64,000 nt of DNA from the human T2T-CHM13v2.0 reference genome, Homo sapiens, in the NCBI GenBank assembly GCA_009914755.4, contig CP068257.2, positions 15,200,001 through 15,264,000 of the forward strand. The letters are read 5' to 3'. Made by a program: the position numbers and the translations under genes. The notes beneath the pieces were generated by a model, which had not been told where the DNA came from, did not search any database, and worked only from the letters and a program-made list of their open reading frames with translations. Below, in pieces: positions 23,891 through 39,907 of this stretch (position 1 is its first letter; each line of letters starts with the position of its first letter).

Positions 23891-26800
23891 AAATTTTTCT
23901 TTTGAATTATTTTGTACAAAGGAAAATCCTTTAAAAAAATAGTTTCTTGCCATTTTTTCTGTTAGTCTCATTAACAAAAAAACTTTCATGAATGACAGTA
24001 GCTGAAAGGGCATGTTCCAATGGGTCACCAAGACTGCTTATGGGAGAATGTGCAGCCAGGAGTCCACAGAGAGGCAACGTAATCTGCGGGTCATGAAGGA
24101 AATATGAGTAAGTCAGATATGGCCTTGACCCTGGCTTTCATATGCAATCGCTGCATGTCTATTTTCATCTCTGAGCCTTGACTTTCCTATTACTAAAGTG
24201 GATATTATAATGGTATCTGCTGTATTAATCCTGTTGAAAGAATTACATGGTGTAATACATGCAAACAATTAGCAAAGGGTCCAGGTTTTCGTAAATTCTA
24301 AATAAATCTTAGATTTTATTTTGTTTTTAATATTTTTACTATTACAAAAGTGGCCCAGGTCAGAGCTTCATTATAACTTGGAAATTTTTTTTATCACTGA
24401 GCTGACATGTTTGAGTCTTTCATTAAGGAAGAATCGTTTTCACAGGTAGGTGACTACACAGAAAATTTGATGACAACTGAAGTCACAAAAAGAGAAGAAT
24501 TTTTTAAATGTTCTCATGATATTGAAGCAAAAGGAGCACCAGACAGGGAGATGGGGTATAGCAGCGCTAGTCCTGAATCTCTTACTAAATTGCTGAGTGA
24601 TGTACAAGTCATTTGGGGGCCTTAGTTTCATTAATCAATAAACAGATTTTTATTGTCACTTCCAGTTCAAACATCATATGGCTGGGTTGTATAGGACTGT
24701 GAAGTTAGAAAACTCTTCCTTTTGTTTGGTACATGGAGAACTTGGCCAATTTCTCTGTCATCTGTCATAGAGAGGGTGCCCTGGAAGCACTTCTTATCAT
24801 GGAAATTCTTGTGCAAGGGATTTTTCTTTTTATGGGAATGCTCCTAGGAAAAATGTGTAAGAGAGTAAGGAAAGAAGGAGAAGGAAAGAGAAAGAAGCTA
24901 AGTAGCGATATGGTTTAGGTGAAGTCTAGCTCCAGACTGACCTTGTGTGGAACTCTGGAACATAAACTATACCACATCTACCCCACTTTTTAGATAAGAA
25001 AGGACTTTATCCCCACAGAAGTCACCTGGATGCCCAAGGTTGGGAGCAAGGCGGCTCCAGTTACCCAAGATCTAAGCAGTGGAACCTTTATCAACCAGTA
25101 AAAGAAATTGCTAAGTATTCAGAAGAGGCACCACCAGCCACTTCTATTGCATTGCTTGATGTACTGCATACTGAAAGCACTTGAACTTACACAACAGCTT
25201 CCATAAATCAGCCTCATCATTATAGGATATCATTGTGCAACACTTCCTGTCTTACTGGACAGATGCTATAAACTTTTTAAATTGTTTGCTTGATCTTTCC
25301 TAACTTATGATTACAAAGTTCACCATCTCCTCTATTTTCTGAGGGTCACAAGGCCCTTCAGCTGATTGCAAGGCAATTTAGGGAGATGATCTCTGGATGT
25401 ACTTGTGTGTTAGAAAAATCTAGACATTAAAACCAAAGTAGGGTGTGGAAACCCTTAGGAACTGACCATCAGTCACGTCCCTCTTTTCTTGCTGAAAAGC
25501 AATTCTTATATTTTAATTCTAAGACATTATCTTCCTTTTCAACAGCAAGTGTCAGCTTCATCAGAAGTATACATTATGCTAAGAAAGTACCTTTTGAAAG
25601 AAAAATATGAAACCCAGACATCAACTTCAAGTTTTTCTTTTAAAATAGGTAAAGAGGTAGATGCTCATCTTTGAAACTAACAAGTAAAAAATCATTTTTG
25701 ATTCCAAGATCGCCACTCATTTTACTGTAACACACGATCTAGTAAGAATTGCATGGTATCTCAGTGGCTATTAACTTCCAGCTTCTCTGGCCTAGCATAA
25801 ATCCTGAGAGAGTGTGACACACTTTTCTCTTAGGCTTCTAGAATAGAATATCCCTGGTGTTCATTTTCTTTGAGATAAATTATGTTACTTTGGACTCTCT
25901 TACATTATTTCAGTCAAAATGTCTTCCTTCAAGTACTGATTTATTTCCATCATTGTGGCAAGAAATAATAGATGACAAAAGTTAAGAAGCTTTTACCTGT
26001 AAAACAAATTACTGGAAGTTTTTCTAACAAGAAGGGGAAATTAGATCCAAAGTTACATCATCTTTTAGACCTAATATGCCCTATTAATAAAATTTACATA
26101 AAATTTTTAAAGAATTTAAATTATATCTAAATGTATATAATTTAGTCCTGATTTGGTTTGAGGGGTAGAGTTTTTATTTATTTATTTAACTTGTGGCAAT
26201 TATTTTCTCTTCTTCTTTCTGTTTTCTTTCTTTCTCTTCTTCTTCCTTTCTTAGGAGACACAAATTTACATAAAGAATATCACTACTATTCAGTTTTTAA
26301 ATGTATTAACTGTAAAAGCTTTGAAATATTAAGCAATGAATTTCATTTCATAGTTTATGAACAAATGTGAGTTTCACAGTTACTTTGATGTGTAGGGTTT
26401 GTTTTCTGGCTAAGAAATTTATGGTAAGTTGAATGCTCACTGTGCAGAGTTAACTCTTTTTAACTACATTAAATTTTCATTATAACTGCTCATATAAAAC
26501 TAATGCCACTTTGCTATAGCAGAAAGTGCTAATATCACAGTATGGCCCACAAAACTGTTTCTCTGTTAATATCTTACCTTATTTTCAGGCACCTATAAAA
26601 TAGTCATGGACATTTATTCAATATTGAAATATAACAAATATCAATCCAAAAACAAGTTTTATTTTTCTTAACCTTCAGTCTTGAAATAAGAAAGGGAAAA
26701 AAAGAGATGTCTTCTCCCCCAGCAGAGCATACTCCAGAAACAAATATGCTACATCTGTTTTAGCTGGCATGGATAGGGCCCTGCAGGGTAATACACTACT

Positions 26801-29659
26801 TCAGATTTCAAAACTGACAGTCTTCAGGCTAGTGGTTCTCCATGCTGCAAATAAAGATTTTATTTTCCAATGATATTTATTTAGGATTTTTTTTGCTGGG
26901 TGAATCGAGCTTGTGAGTTTATGAATTCTACTAAAGCAATTATCTCCCCAACTCAGAAGGAGCTGCTGGAATCTCTCATGTGAGTACCACACAGCCAGCA
27001 GGTTCCCTCATCACAGATCATCACAATAGGCATTTTGGTGGTTTATTTGGAAGGCAGTTTTATGCTAAATCCCATTTTTCAATACTTTGCTACTTCTTCA
27101 AAAGCTTTTCTTTAGCCTTAATGTGGAGTTAAGAGCAATTTACCCATTTTTTGAGAGATTGATGCATGAGTAAAGTATTTCTCAGGGTATTTGAAGACTG
27201 GATAATATCAAATCAGGTCATGATAAAATATAGTTGAAGGCAGCATTTTAAATTGAAGAACCACATGAAAGCACTGAGTTCAGATATTTTGATTCTGAAG
27301 AATACACAGGGAATATTTCGCATTCACAAAGGATTTTCTTCCTAACCCCTCTTTCCCTATATCCACCATTCCCCAAACACAAACATGCACACATTCTTTT
27401 GAAGTATGTGAAGGTGAAATCATAGCAGGCATACCCCTCAGTCTATGCCTGTGGGCATGATTTTAAACAGAAACCTTGAGGGGGTTTATTTCTGTTAAAA
27501 TGCATAGACAGGACCATGGTTTTTTCAAATTTGCACACAAAAATTCAATACAAGGGGAGTCAATACATGTTTATATGTATGTACTAACATATACAGGAAC
27601 TTATTAATATATAATATATTTATGCTACTGGCAGAGACAGGCAATTAAACAATGTGCAATTGAGCATGTAAAACTGAGGTCCGGTCACCAGATGGAAGTG
27701 TATTTGGGAATAAGCCTGCCAACTTGTGCTATATGCAATATGCTTATACTCAGAAAATACATCATCCATGAAAGGAATAAAATGAAAGTTTGCTTTCTTC
27801 ATTCAGTTTCAAAAGGAGTAGTATTTTGGTGGATTTTCTTTTTTTGTATTTCTTTCATTACAGGAGAAAAAGAATAATGACCTAATTGCCAGAAAACGTG
27901 CATACAACATGAGACTTGGGGATCTGAGCTCTTGAAAGCCATACCAGAGATTTTCTCTAATACCTTTATTTTCAAAGTGTCTTTCCCCAAGGGGACAACA
28001 TATCTCTGCAGACTTCATCTCATTGATCCTCACATGATCATTGTTAAGGAGTCAGGAAGGCTAAGACTTCTGTAGATTCCACCAGTGAAACAGACAGACA
28101 ATAGCCATTAGAATGACTTGATTGAAATTATAGAGTAAGTTGGGAGCACAGCTGGTGCAAGAATCTGGGTCTGCTGTTTGCCAGAGCTTTCTTCTATCTG
28201 ACAGAACATATTGCCTAAAGCTGAGAATCCCACAGTGTCCTTGATTACGTATTCTCAAATTATAGCTCACTTTAGAGATTCCTATTAAAAATGGAGTATG
28301 GCAGCAGGCCTGGAAATCATTTAGGAAACCCCAGGTTTCAAGCGGGTGGGAGATTTAAGAAGCAGGGCTGGAAGGATGAAATATCTAAAACATGGGTGGG
28401 GATGGATGTCTAAATGGCTGTCTACTGGATCTTTCTGTGGAGAGGGCATCATGCTAGGTGCTCTGCTGGTTAATCAGAAAGATGCAGAAGGTATTCCCTA
28501 GGAGTTTATTTACTTACTTGACAAGGGTCTTCTTGTGAAAGCCTCATTTCTTGCGAAAGCCTTCTTGTAAGTTGCTGGAGAAGGCAGATGAAGAATAGGA
28601 AGATGTATAGCTGTTTTAGAAGCCCAAGGGCAGCTTGAAATGAACTCCCTCATAAAGTAGAGGGGAGAGCTCTCTTGGGAAGAATTCAGTAGGCTCCCTC
28701 TTGTCTCACTTGGATTTTTTTAAGATGTAGTCTAGTAGGAATAGACATTTCCCTCATGAATTATTGATACCCTAAAGCAGTTTTAATTGTTTTTCCTTTC
28801 AGTGCTATATAGAGAAACTCCATAATGATTCTCACTGCAATATTAGAATATATTTTAAGCATGCCATAATACCGAGGGAAAGCATCTAATTTTCCTGAAA
28901 CAATATGCTTCTTTAACTTCGAGAAATATGATTTAAATTAGCAATAAAGACGAGAAGTAATCCAACTTAGATTATAAAATTGCTTTCTGTACTGAAATAT
29001 TCTGTAGGAAAATAAGAAAAGAATACATTTATGTACAATTTAATCATGTGAAAGCATGGTTAAACATTGAAATATGGGATTTGTAGATATAAGATAAATT
29101 TCACTACTGCATGAGGGTCTTTTCTTGGTCACAGATTTTAACTCTTTATATAACATTTTTTTCAAGCATGAGTTGCACAATATAGTGAACCTTTGCCACA
29201 AAACAACAAAAAAATGAAAAAACACTGAAATATCTGTAAGTAGCTATAGTCCCACTGTCAAAAATAACAACTCTAAATATTTTGACGTATACTTCTAGTC
29301 CTTTCCATTTTACATACGTTTATTTTTAAATAATATTCTATTATACTTTAATATTTTATAGTCTGCTTCTCCCTCTTATTAACAGACTGTCAATGGCTTT
29401 CCATTAAAAAATTATTCTTCAATGGGATTTTTACACTGTGAATTGCAACGTATCATAAGGATGTTTATAATTTACAAATTATTCTTCAACTTAGGTAAAT
29501 TATTCCAGTTTTTTTTTACTATTGTGATAAACATTATTAACTGATCCTAGTACATATTTCTTATCTCTTCTAGAATTCCTTAAAGTAAGTCAGTGTTATA
29601 AATACCAATATAGAAGCACGTAAATACGTGGCCTTCTGTGAGTTTATGTCAAATTATTG

Positions 29660-32625
29660 ATTAGGGAGAGACTTCTGCTTCCAAAATGGCAGCATAGAAG
29701 CAACCTGGCTTCACTTTCTACAACAGAAAACCAAAAACAAATATATAGTGCTGAAATTATCACCAGCAGTATCCCACAACTCAAATATGATAAGGCAACA
29801 GTGCCTGGACCAACAGAGACATGAAAAAACTTTGAGTAGATGGTAAGAGAATTAGACTTTCATCTCCACAACACCTTTCTTCCCAATCTGCCCAGCACTA
29901 AGTGCACAGAAAGCTTCTTCCTGACTCATGGTTTTTACATTTGAAAAAGGGAGATTAAGGTGGACAACTAGCTTCCCCACCAACTTGGGTTCCTTGGCAG
30001 GAGACCTGTCCCTGCTTCAAACCAAAGAAAGCATGGCAAGTGCCTGAAGGGTGAAATATGCCTGAGGACAGACAGAGACAAAGGTGGAAGGTGGGACTAT
30101 CATTCCCAGCTCTGAAAGCTCTGCTCTATAACTCAGCCAATGGAGAGACATTAAAAAAAATTCATTAACCAGGAACAAGTGGGCTTTATCCCAGGGATGC
30201 CAAGGATGGCTCAACAAACACAGAACCAAAAATAAAACCACATGATCATTTCAACAGGTTCTGAAAAAGCATTTGATAAAATTCAACATCTTATGGCAAA
30301 AATCCTAACAAAACTGAGTATAGAAGGAACATACTACAAAATGATAAAGGTCATATATGACAGACCCACAGCTAACAACATACTTAACTGAAAAAAATTG
30401 AAAGGCTTTACTCTAAAATCTGGAGCAAGATAAAGATGCCCACTTTCACCACTTTTATTCAAAATAATACTGGAAGTCCTAGCCAGAACAATTAGGCAGG
30501 AGGAAGAAATAAAGGGCATTTGAATTGGAAAGAAAAAGTCATATTAGCCTTGTTTGTAGATGACATGATCTTACATTTAGGAAAACCTAAAGACTCTACC
30601 AAATAGTTGTTAGAACTGATAAATGAATTCAGTAAAATTGCAAGATACAAAATTAACATAAAAAATCAGCAGCATTTATACATGCCAATAGTGAGTAATC
30701 TAAAGAAAAATCAAGAAAGAAATCCAACTTTAAACAGCTACAAGGAATATAGAATGTTAGGAATCAACTTAACCAAAGAAATGAAAGATAACAAGCAAAA
30801 CTGTAAAACACTGATGAAATAAATTTAAGAAGACATACAAAAATGAAAAGATATTCTGTACTTATGAATTAGAAATATTAATATTATTAAAATGATAACA
30901 CTACCCAAGAAAATTTACAGATTCAATGCAATGCCTATCAAAATACCAATGACATTCTTCACAGACGTAGAAAAAGCAATCCTAAAATTTATATGGAACC
31001 ACAAAGACTATGAATAGGCAAAGCAATCCTGAGCAATAACAACAAAAAAGCAAAACTGAAGACATTACACCACTGGACACCAAAAAATACTACAAATCTG
31101 TAGTAACTAAATCAGCATGGTATTGGCATAAAAGCAGACACACAGAACAATGAAACAGAAGAGAGAATCCAGATATTAATCCATGCATTTCCAGCCACCT
31201 CATCTTCAACAAAGACACCAAAAACATGCAATGAGGAAAGGACAGTCTCTTTAATGAATGGTGCTGGGAAAACTGGATAACCATACGTAGAAAAACAAAG
31301 GTAGACCTCTATCTCTCACTATATACAAAAATAAACTCAAAAATTAACTAAAGATTTAACTCTAGGCCTTGAAACTTTGAAATTACTAGAAGAAAACATT
31401 GCGGAAACACTCCAAGACATTGGTCTAGGCAAAATTTTTTGTGTAAGCATAGGCAACCAAAGCAAAAAAAGACAAACTTTTTATCTATTTATGTAAAACT
31501 GAAAAGCTTCTGCACAGCTAAGGAAGCAATCAACAAAGGGACAACCTGCAGTATCAGAGATATTATTTGCAAACTATCCATCTGACAAGGGATTAATAAC
31601 CAGAATATATGTGGAGTTCAAACAACTCAGTAGCAAAAATAATGATAATAATAATTACCCACTTGAAAAATGGGGGAAATATCTGAATAGATATTTCTCA
31701 AAAGATGACACACAAGTGGTCAACAGATATATGGAAATATGCTCAACATCAATAACTATATCAGAGAAATGCAAATCAAAACCAAAATGAGATATCACCT
31801 TACCCTAGTTAAAATGCTTTTATTAAAAAGAAGGAATAACAGATGCTGGCAAGGATGTGGAGGAAGGAGAACTCTAATACACTATTGGTAGGAATGTAAA
31901 TTAGTACAGCCGCTATGAAAATTCCTGTGGCGGTTTCTTAAAAAGCTTAAAATAGAGCTCCATATGATCTAGCAATTCCACTCATGAGCATAAAAGAAAG
32001 GAAGTCAATATATTGAAGAGATATCTGCACTTTCATGTTAATTACAGCACTATTCACAATAGTCAAAATATGAAATCAACTTGTGTCCATCAGTGAATAA
32101 ATGGATAAAGAACTGTAGTATATATAAGCAATGGAATATTTTTCAGCCACAAAAAATAAAATCCTGTCATTTGCAGCAACATGGATGGAACCAGAGGTCA
32201 TTATGTTAAGTGAAAAAAGCCAGGCACAGAAAGAAAAATATCATGTTTTCACTCATGTGTGGGAGCTAAAAAGTGAAGCTAGATATTAGATTGGTGGTTA
32301 TCAGAAGCTGTGAAGGGTAGCGAAAAGGGGCTAATAAAAATAAGTTGATTAATGAGTACAAATATACAGCTTGATACAAGAAATATAACCTAGTGTTAGA
32401 TCAGTAGACTGACTACAGTTTACAATAATGTTGTATATTTCAAAACTGCTAAAAAAGAATAATTTGGATGTTTCTAGCATAGAAAAAAGACAAATATTTA
32501 ACGTTATAGATATCTCAATTACACTGATTTGATCTTCACAAAGTATATGAATGTATTCAATTATCACATGTATCCTGAAAAATATGTGGATCAACCGAAA
32601 AATATTTTATATATTTTTTAGGGCT
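29660..32625 (+). mobile_element. Old LINE-1 (L1M family), ORF2 RT to 3' end; possible internal deletion joining a 5' portion
   Basis: From about 30120 the + strand encodes L1 ORF2: ...[134 protein letters not shown] (RT motifs incl. FxDDM). A typical old-L1 3'UTR follows at 32240-32620. The 29660-30120 portion is assigned to L1 with low confidence. There are many stops. Confidence 0.85.
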
Positions 32626-33881
32626 CAGTCTTAAGCCTTATTATGGTCTCCGCCTACACTCTCTCCCTGAATGATCTCATCTACCCCCTTAGCATTATTA
32701 CATCTACCAAATGTATATATCCAGCCCTGAACTTTCTTCTGGATACAGACTCATGTATCCATCTCCCTATTTGATGTCTCCACCTTGAGGTACCACAAGC
32801 ACGTAAAATGTGACATGTCCAAAACTGACTCTTGATGTTTCTCTTTTCCTAAGTCTTTTCCTTTTTAATGTTTTTCTTACCATTAATAACAGCTACGATT
32901 TCCTCTAAGTTGCTTAAGTCAAGAAAATGGAAAACATTTTTGATTACTACCTTTCTCTCTTTTCCGGGAGTCAATCCATCTTAAGCCGTCTAATGCTATC
33001 ATTGTTTTCTGTATGCCATTGCTTGTTACTAAGAAAGTCTCTCTGTCACCTTTACAAAATGAAGGAATTTAGATTCGTATAATCCAAGGGCTGTAATTGT
33101 ATTGTCTTTGTGTATTTCCTGATGCCATTTTCTTTTGGAAGTATTATTAAAATGTTATAAATCATAGGAATTTCATTTCCATATACTCTAAGGATATTTA
33201 ATTAAAACAGGCAGATTTATTATCAAAAAGTAGAAAGATTTGTCAATAGTCAAAGGAAGAGAACTGGGTTAGGTATGGCTTATAGAAAAATGAGCCTTTC
33301 TTTGATGTTAGCATTTGTTTAAAGGAACCTGAAAGCATAATGGCGTAAGAAGGTAAAAGGAAAGGGAATGATCTGCTTAATTGTACAAAGCTTCATGAGC
33401 TTCTTTTATTACTATTATTATTATACTACTCAAGAAACCTATAAAGTGTATAGATCTTTCCCTCTTGTAACTAAAAAAAGAAGAAAAAAAGTACATTTTA
33501 GTGATAAACTCCTTACCCCATTTTTTTTTTTAGCTTAATGCATTCTAAGTGTCCACAGCTTAATGCTAGGAAAAATAAAATATTTTGGAGGGAAAGGATG
33601 ACATATAAGTCTCCTAGCTTGACCAAAAGTCTGATAAGATTATTTCATTGTACAAATGTTAAATATTTATTGAAAAAAACCTAATTGGTATACTTTTGTC
33701 TTTCTCAGAAGGAGACTAATATACTATGTTGTCTAGTTTATTTCATTTAAAAAAGATAAGTTAATTTTTTTTTTGCTTTGAATGTGTTGTTACTTAAAGA
33801 AAAAAAGTTCTTCTCTGCACTTTAAGAAAAATCGAACTATGATGATAAAGTTTGATTGCTAAGCATGAAATAATTTTTTGA

Positions 33882-34202
<321 letters not shown>

Positions 34203-34789
34203 TCATTTGGCTATAACTCTTTTAATAGTCATTAAATGAGCTAATGGAAGCTTCTTTGAGGAACCCAGGCAGCCCAGACAAGTGGGCTTCACACAGCAGC
34301 ACACCCTCTTCACCAAGGGACAGCCAAAGTGCTTTGTTAAATGGGTTCTGGTTCCCATGACCCCCAACTGAGTGAGATCCCCCAACAGGGGTAACCAGAT
34401 ACCCTATACAGGAGCCTTCTTACTGGTATCAGGTTGGTGCCTCTCGAGGTCGGAGATCCCAGAGGAAGGAGCAGGGTGTTTTGCTGTTCTCCAGCATGCT
34501 TGGGTGACATATCCAGGTGCAGAAGCAACCCAGATGAATAGGGCCTAAAGTGAACCCCCAGCAAACCACAGAAGCCCTACAGAAGAGGAACCTGACAAGT
34601 GAAAGAAAAATAAGCAAACAGAAAGCAACAACAGCATCAATAAAAAAAGTCCCCATAAAAACCTCATCCAAGGGTCAGCGGCTTCAGAAATCAAAACTAG
34701 ACAAACTCATGAAGAAGAGAAAGAATTGATGAATAAATGCTGAAAACCCAAATGGCCAGAGTGCCTTTTCTCCTCCAAATGACAGAAAC

Positions 34790-35760
34790 ACGTCTCCAGC
34801 AAGGGCACAGAGCTGGATGGAGGATAAGATGGATGAATTGACAGAAGTAGACTTCAGAAGGTGGGTAGTAACAAACTTCGCTGAGGTAAAGGTGCATGTT
34901 CTAACCCAATGCAAAGAAACTAAGAACCATGATACAAGGTTAAAGGAGCTGCTAACTAGAATAACCAGTTTAGAGAAGAACATAAATGACCTGATGGAGC
35001 TGAAAAACACACTACGAGAACTTTGTGAAACATATACAAGTATCAGTAGCTGAATCGATCAAACGAAAGAAAGAATATCAGAGCTTCAAGACTATCTTGC
35101 TGAGATAAGGCTGGCAGACAAGATTAGAGAAAAGGGAATGAAAAGGAACCAACAAAACCTCTGAGAATTATGGGACTATGTAAAAAGACTGAACCTATGA
35201 CTGATTAGAGTACCTGAAAGAGACAGGGAGAATGGAACCAAGTTGGAAAACACACTTCAGGATATCTTCCAGGAGAACTTCCCCAACCTAGAAAGACAGG
35301 ACAACATTCAAATTCAGGAAATACAGAGAACTCCAGTAAAATACTCCATGAGAGGATCAGTCCCAACACACATAATCATCTGATTGTCCAAGGTCGAAAT
35401 GAAAAAAAAAAAAAAATGTTAAGGGCAGCCAGAGAGAAAGGCCAGGTCACTTACAAAGGGAAGCCCATCAAACTAACAGTGGATCTCTCGGCAGGAACCC
35501 TACAAGCCAGAAGAGAGTGGGGGCCAATATGAAACATTCTTAAAGAAAAGAGTTTTCAACCCAGAATTTCATATCTGGCCAAACTAAGCTTCATAAGCAA
35601 AGGAGAAATAAAATCCTTTTCAGACAAGCAAATGCCGAGGGAATTCATCACCACCAGGCCTGCCTTGCAAGAGCCCCTGAAGGAAGCACTCAATGTGAAA
35701 AGGAAAAACCAGTTCCAGCAACTGCAAAAACAAATCAAAATACAAAGATACTATGAAGAA
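34790..35760 (+). pseudogene. L1 ORF1 (RNA-binding protein) remnant, multiple stops
   Basis: See the parent element. The reading frame is interrupted by several stop codons. Confidence 0.85.
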
Positions 35761-35799
35761 ACTGCATCAACTAGTGCTCAAAATAACCAGCTAGCATCA

Positions 35800-38700
35800 T
35801 GATGACAGGATCAAATTCACACATAACCTAAATGTAAATGGGCTAGATGTCCCAATTAAAAGATGCAGACTGGAAAATTTGATAAAGAGTCAAGACCCAT
35901 CAGTGTGCTATATTCAGAAGACCCATCTCACTTGTAAAGACACACACAGGCTCAAAATAAAGAGATGGAGGAATATTTACCAAGCGAATGGAAAGTTAAA
36001 AAAAAAAAAAAGGCAGGGGTTACAATCCTAGTCTCTGATAAAATAGACCTTAAACCAACAAAGATCAAAAAAGACAAAGAAGTGCATTACATAAGGTAAA
36101 GGGATCAATTCAACGAGAAGAGCTAACTATTGTAAATATATATGGACCCAATACAGGAACATCCAGATTCATTTAAAAAACAAAAAGTTATTTGAGACCT
36201 GCAAAGAGACTTAGACACGCACACATTAATAGTGGGAGACTTCAACACCCCACTGTCAATATGAAACAGATCAATGAGACAGAAAATTAACAAGGATATT
36301 CAGGACTTGAGCTCAGCTCTGGATCAAGTGTACCTGATAGATATCTACAGAACACTCTACTCCAAAACAGCACAATACACATTCTTCTCAGTGCCACATA
36401 GCACTTATTCTAAAATTGATCACATAATTGGAAGTAAAACACTCCTCAGCAAATGCAAAAGAACTGAAATCATAACAAACAATCTCTCAGACCACAGTGC
36501 AATCAAATCAGAGCTCAAAATTAATAAATTGACTCCAAACCACACAACTACATCAAAACTGAACAATCTGCTCCTGAATGAATACTGGGTAAATAATGAA
36601 ATTCAGGAAGAAATCAAGAAGTTCTTTGAAACCAATGAGAACAAAGACACAATGTACCAGAATCTCTGGGATACAGCTAAAGCAGTGTTAAGAGAGAAAT
36701 TTAAGGCACTAAATGCTCACATCAGAAAGCTATAAAGATCTCAAATTGACACTTTAACATCACAACTAAAAATACTAGAGAACCAAGAGCAAACAAATCC
36801 AAAAGCTAGCGGAAGAGAAGAAATAACTGAGATTGGAGTGGAACTGAAGGAGATAGAGACACAAAAAACCCTTAAAAAATCAGTGAATCTAGGAGCTGTT
36901 TTTTTGAAAAAATTAATAAAATTGATAGACTGCTAGCTAGACTAATAAAGAAGAAAAGAGAGAAGAGTCAAATAGACACAATAAAAATGAGGAAGGGGAT
37001 ATCAGCACTGATCCCACTGAAATACAAACAAACATTAAAGAATAAACACCTCTATGCAAATAAACTAGAAAATCTAGAAGAAATGGATACATTCCTGAAC
37101 ACACACACCCTCCCAAGACTAAACCAGGAATAAGTCAAATCCCTGAATAGAAAAATAACAAGTTCTGAAATTGAGGCAGAAATTAATAGCCTACCAACCA
37201 AAAAAAAATCCCAGGACCAGACGGATTCACAGCCAAATTCTACCAGAGGTAAAAAGAGGAGCTGGTACCATTCCTTCTGAAACTATTCAAAACAGTTGAA
37301 AAGAAGGGACTACTCCCTAACTCATTTTATGAGGTGAGCATTATCCTGATACCAAAACGTGGCAGAGACACAACATAAAAGAAAACTTCAAGCCAATATC
37401 GCTGATGAACATCAATGTGAAAATCCTCCATAAAATACTGGCAAACCAAATTCAGCAGCACATCAAAAAGCTTATCCACCACGATCAAGTCGGTTTCATT
37501 CCTGGGATGCAAGGCTGGTTCAACATATGCAAATCAATAAACATAATTCATCACAGAAACAGAACCAATAACAGAAACCACATGATTATGTCAATAGATG
37601 CAGAAAAGGCCTTCCATAAAATTCAACATTGCTTCATGTTAAAAACTCTCAATAAACTAGGTATTGATGGAACATATCTCAAAATAATAAGAGCCAATAT
37701 TATACTGAATAAGCAAAAGCTGGAAGCATTCCCTTTAAAAACCAGCACAAGACAAGGATGCCCTCTCTCACCACTCCTATTCAACATAGTGTTGGAAGTT
37801 CTGGCTAGAACAATCGGTCAAGAGAAATAAATAATGGGTATTCAAATAGGAGAGGAAATCAAAATGTCTCTGCAGACACATGATCCTATATCTAGAAAAC
37901 CTCATCATCGTCTCAGTCCAAAAGCTCCTTAATCTGACAGGCAACTTCAGCAAAGTCTGAGGATACAAAATCAATGTGCAAAAATCACAAGCATTCGTAT
38001 ACATCAATAATAGAGAGCCAAATCATGAGTGAACTCCCATTCACAATTGCTACAAAGAGAATAAAATACATAGGAATACAGCTAACAAGGCACATGAAGG
38101 ACCTCTTCAAGAAGAACTACAAACCACTGCTCAAGGAAATAAAATGGGATGCAAACAAATGGAAAAAAATTCCATCCTTATGGATAGGAGGAATCAATAT
38201 TGTGAAAATGGCCATACTGCCCAAAGTAATTTATAGATTCATTGCTATTCCCATCAAACTACCATTGACATTCTTCACAGAATTAGAAAAAAAATACTTT
38301 GAAATTCATGTGGAATCAAAAAAGAGCCTGTATAGCCAAGACAATCCCAAGCAAAAAGAACAAAGCAGGAGGCATCACACTACCTGACTTCAAACTATGC
38401 TTAAGCTGACAGGCAACAGTAACCAAAACAGAATGGAACCGATACCCAAACAGACATATAGACCAGTGAAACAGAATAGAGACCTCAGAAATAAGACCAC
38501 ACATCTACAACCCTTGGATCTTTGACAAACCTGGGAAAAACATGCAATGGGGAGAGGATTCCCTATTTAATAAATGGTGCTGGGAAAAATGGCTAGCCAT
38601 ATGCAGAAAACTTAAACTGGACCCCTTCCTTACACCTTATACAAAAATTAACTCAAGATGGATTAAAAACTTAAATGTAAAACCAAAACCATAAAAACCC

Positions 38701-39590
38701 TAGAACAAAATCTAGGCAAAACCATTCAGGACAAAGGCATGGGCAAAGATTTTATGATGAAATCACCAGAAGCAATTGCAACGAAAGCTAAAATTGACAA
38801 ATGGGATCTAATTAAACCAAAGAGCTTCTGCACAGCAAAAGAAACTATCATCAGAGCAAACAGGAAACCTAGAGAATGGGAGAAAAATTTTGCAATCTAC
38901 CCATCTGAGAAAGGTCTAATATCCAGAATTTACAAGGAACCTAAATAAATTTACAAGAAAAAAACAACAACCCTATCAAAAAGTGGGCAAAGGGCATGAA
39001 CAGAAACTTCTCAAAAGAAGATATTTATATGTCCAAAAAACATATGAAAAAAAGCTCAACATCACTGATCCTTGGAGAAATGCAAATCAAAACCACAATG
39101 AGATACCATCTCACGCCAGTCAGAATGAGTAAAAAGTCAAAAAATGACAGATGCTGGCAAGAGATAGGAGAAATAGGAACACTTTTACACTGTTGGTGGG
39201 AATGTAAATTAGTTCAACCATTGTGGAAGACAGTATGGTGATTCCTTAAGGATCTAGAACCAGAAATACCATTTGACCCAGCAATACCATTACTGGGAAT
39301 ATGCCCAAAGGAATATAAATCATTCTATTATAAATAAACATCTATGTTTATTGTGGCACTATTCACAATAGCAAAGACAAGGATCCAACCCAAATGCACA
39401 TCAATGATAGACCGGATAAAGAAAATGTGTTACATATATGCCATTGAATACCATGCAGCCATAAGTAGGAATGAGATCATATCCTTTGCAGGGGCATGGA
39501 TTACGTTTGAATCCATCATCCTCAGCAAACTAACACAGGAACAGAAAACCAAACACTGCATATTCTCACTCATAAGTGGGAGCTGAACAA
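35800..39590 (+). pseudogene. L1 ORF2 (endonuclease/reverse transcriptase) remnant, multiple stops and frameshifts
   Basis: EN, RT and C-terminal cysteine-rich motifs are recognisable in frame fragments (see parent element). Confidence 0.9.
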
Positions 39591-39907
39591 TGAGAACACA
39601 TGGACACAGGGAGGGGAACATCACACACAGGGGCCTGTCAGAGGGGAAAGGGGAGAGAGAGCATCAGGACAAATAGCTAATGCATGCAGGGCTTAATACC
39701 TAGGTGACGGATTGATAGGTGCAGCAAACTACCATGGCACATGTTTACCTGTGTAACAAACCTGCACATTCTGCACATGTATCCTGGAACTTAAAATAAA
39801 ATAAAATAAAATCTTCTTTAAAATATTTAATATTTGATAAATGAATACAGAAGAATTATAAGTATCTCATTTGTGTAACATTTACTTTAATCAAAGTAAA
39901 TCTTTCT

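Noticed and set aside
24407-24631. 72-aa + ORF (MFESFIKEESFSQVGDYTENLMTTEVTKREEFFKCSHDIEAKGAPDREMGYSSASPESLTKLLSDVQVIWGP) in unique sequence
   Set aside because: It has no recognisable domain, an antisense ORF overlaps it, no splice or promoter context is apparent, and its AT-rich surroundings make a chance ORF likely. It would need conservation or RNA evidence.
36274-39586. Multiple 60-153-aa ORFs on the + strand
   Set aside because: They are all consecutive broken pieces of a single L1 ORF2 and are not independent genes. The same applies to 60260..60583 and 61206..61478 (L1 at 59430-62990), 30607..30822 (L1 at 29660-32625) and 15290..15583(-).
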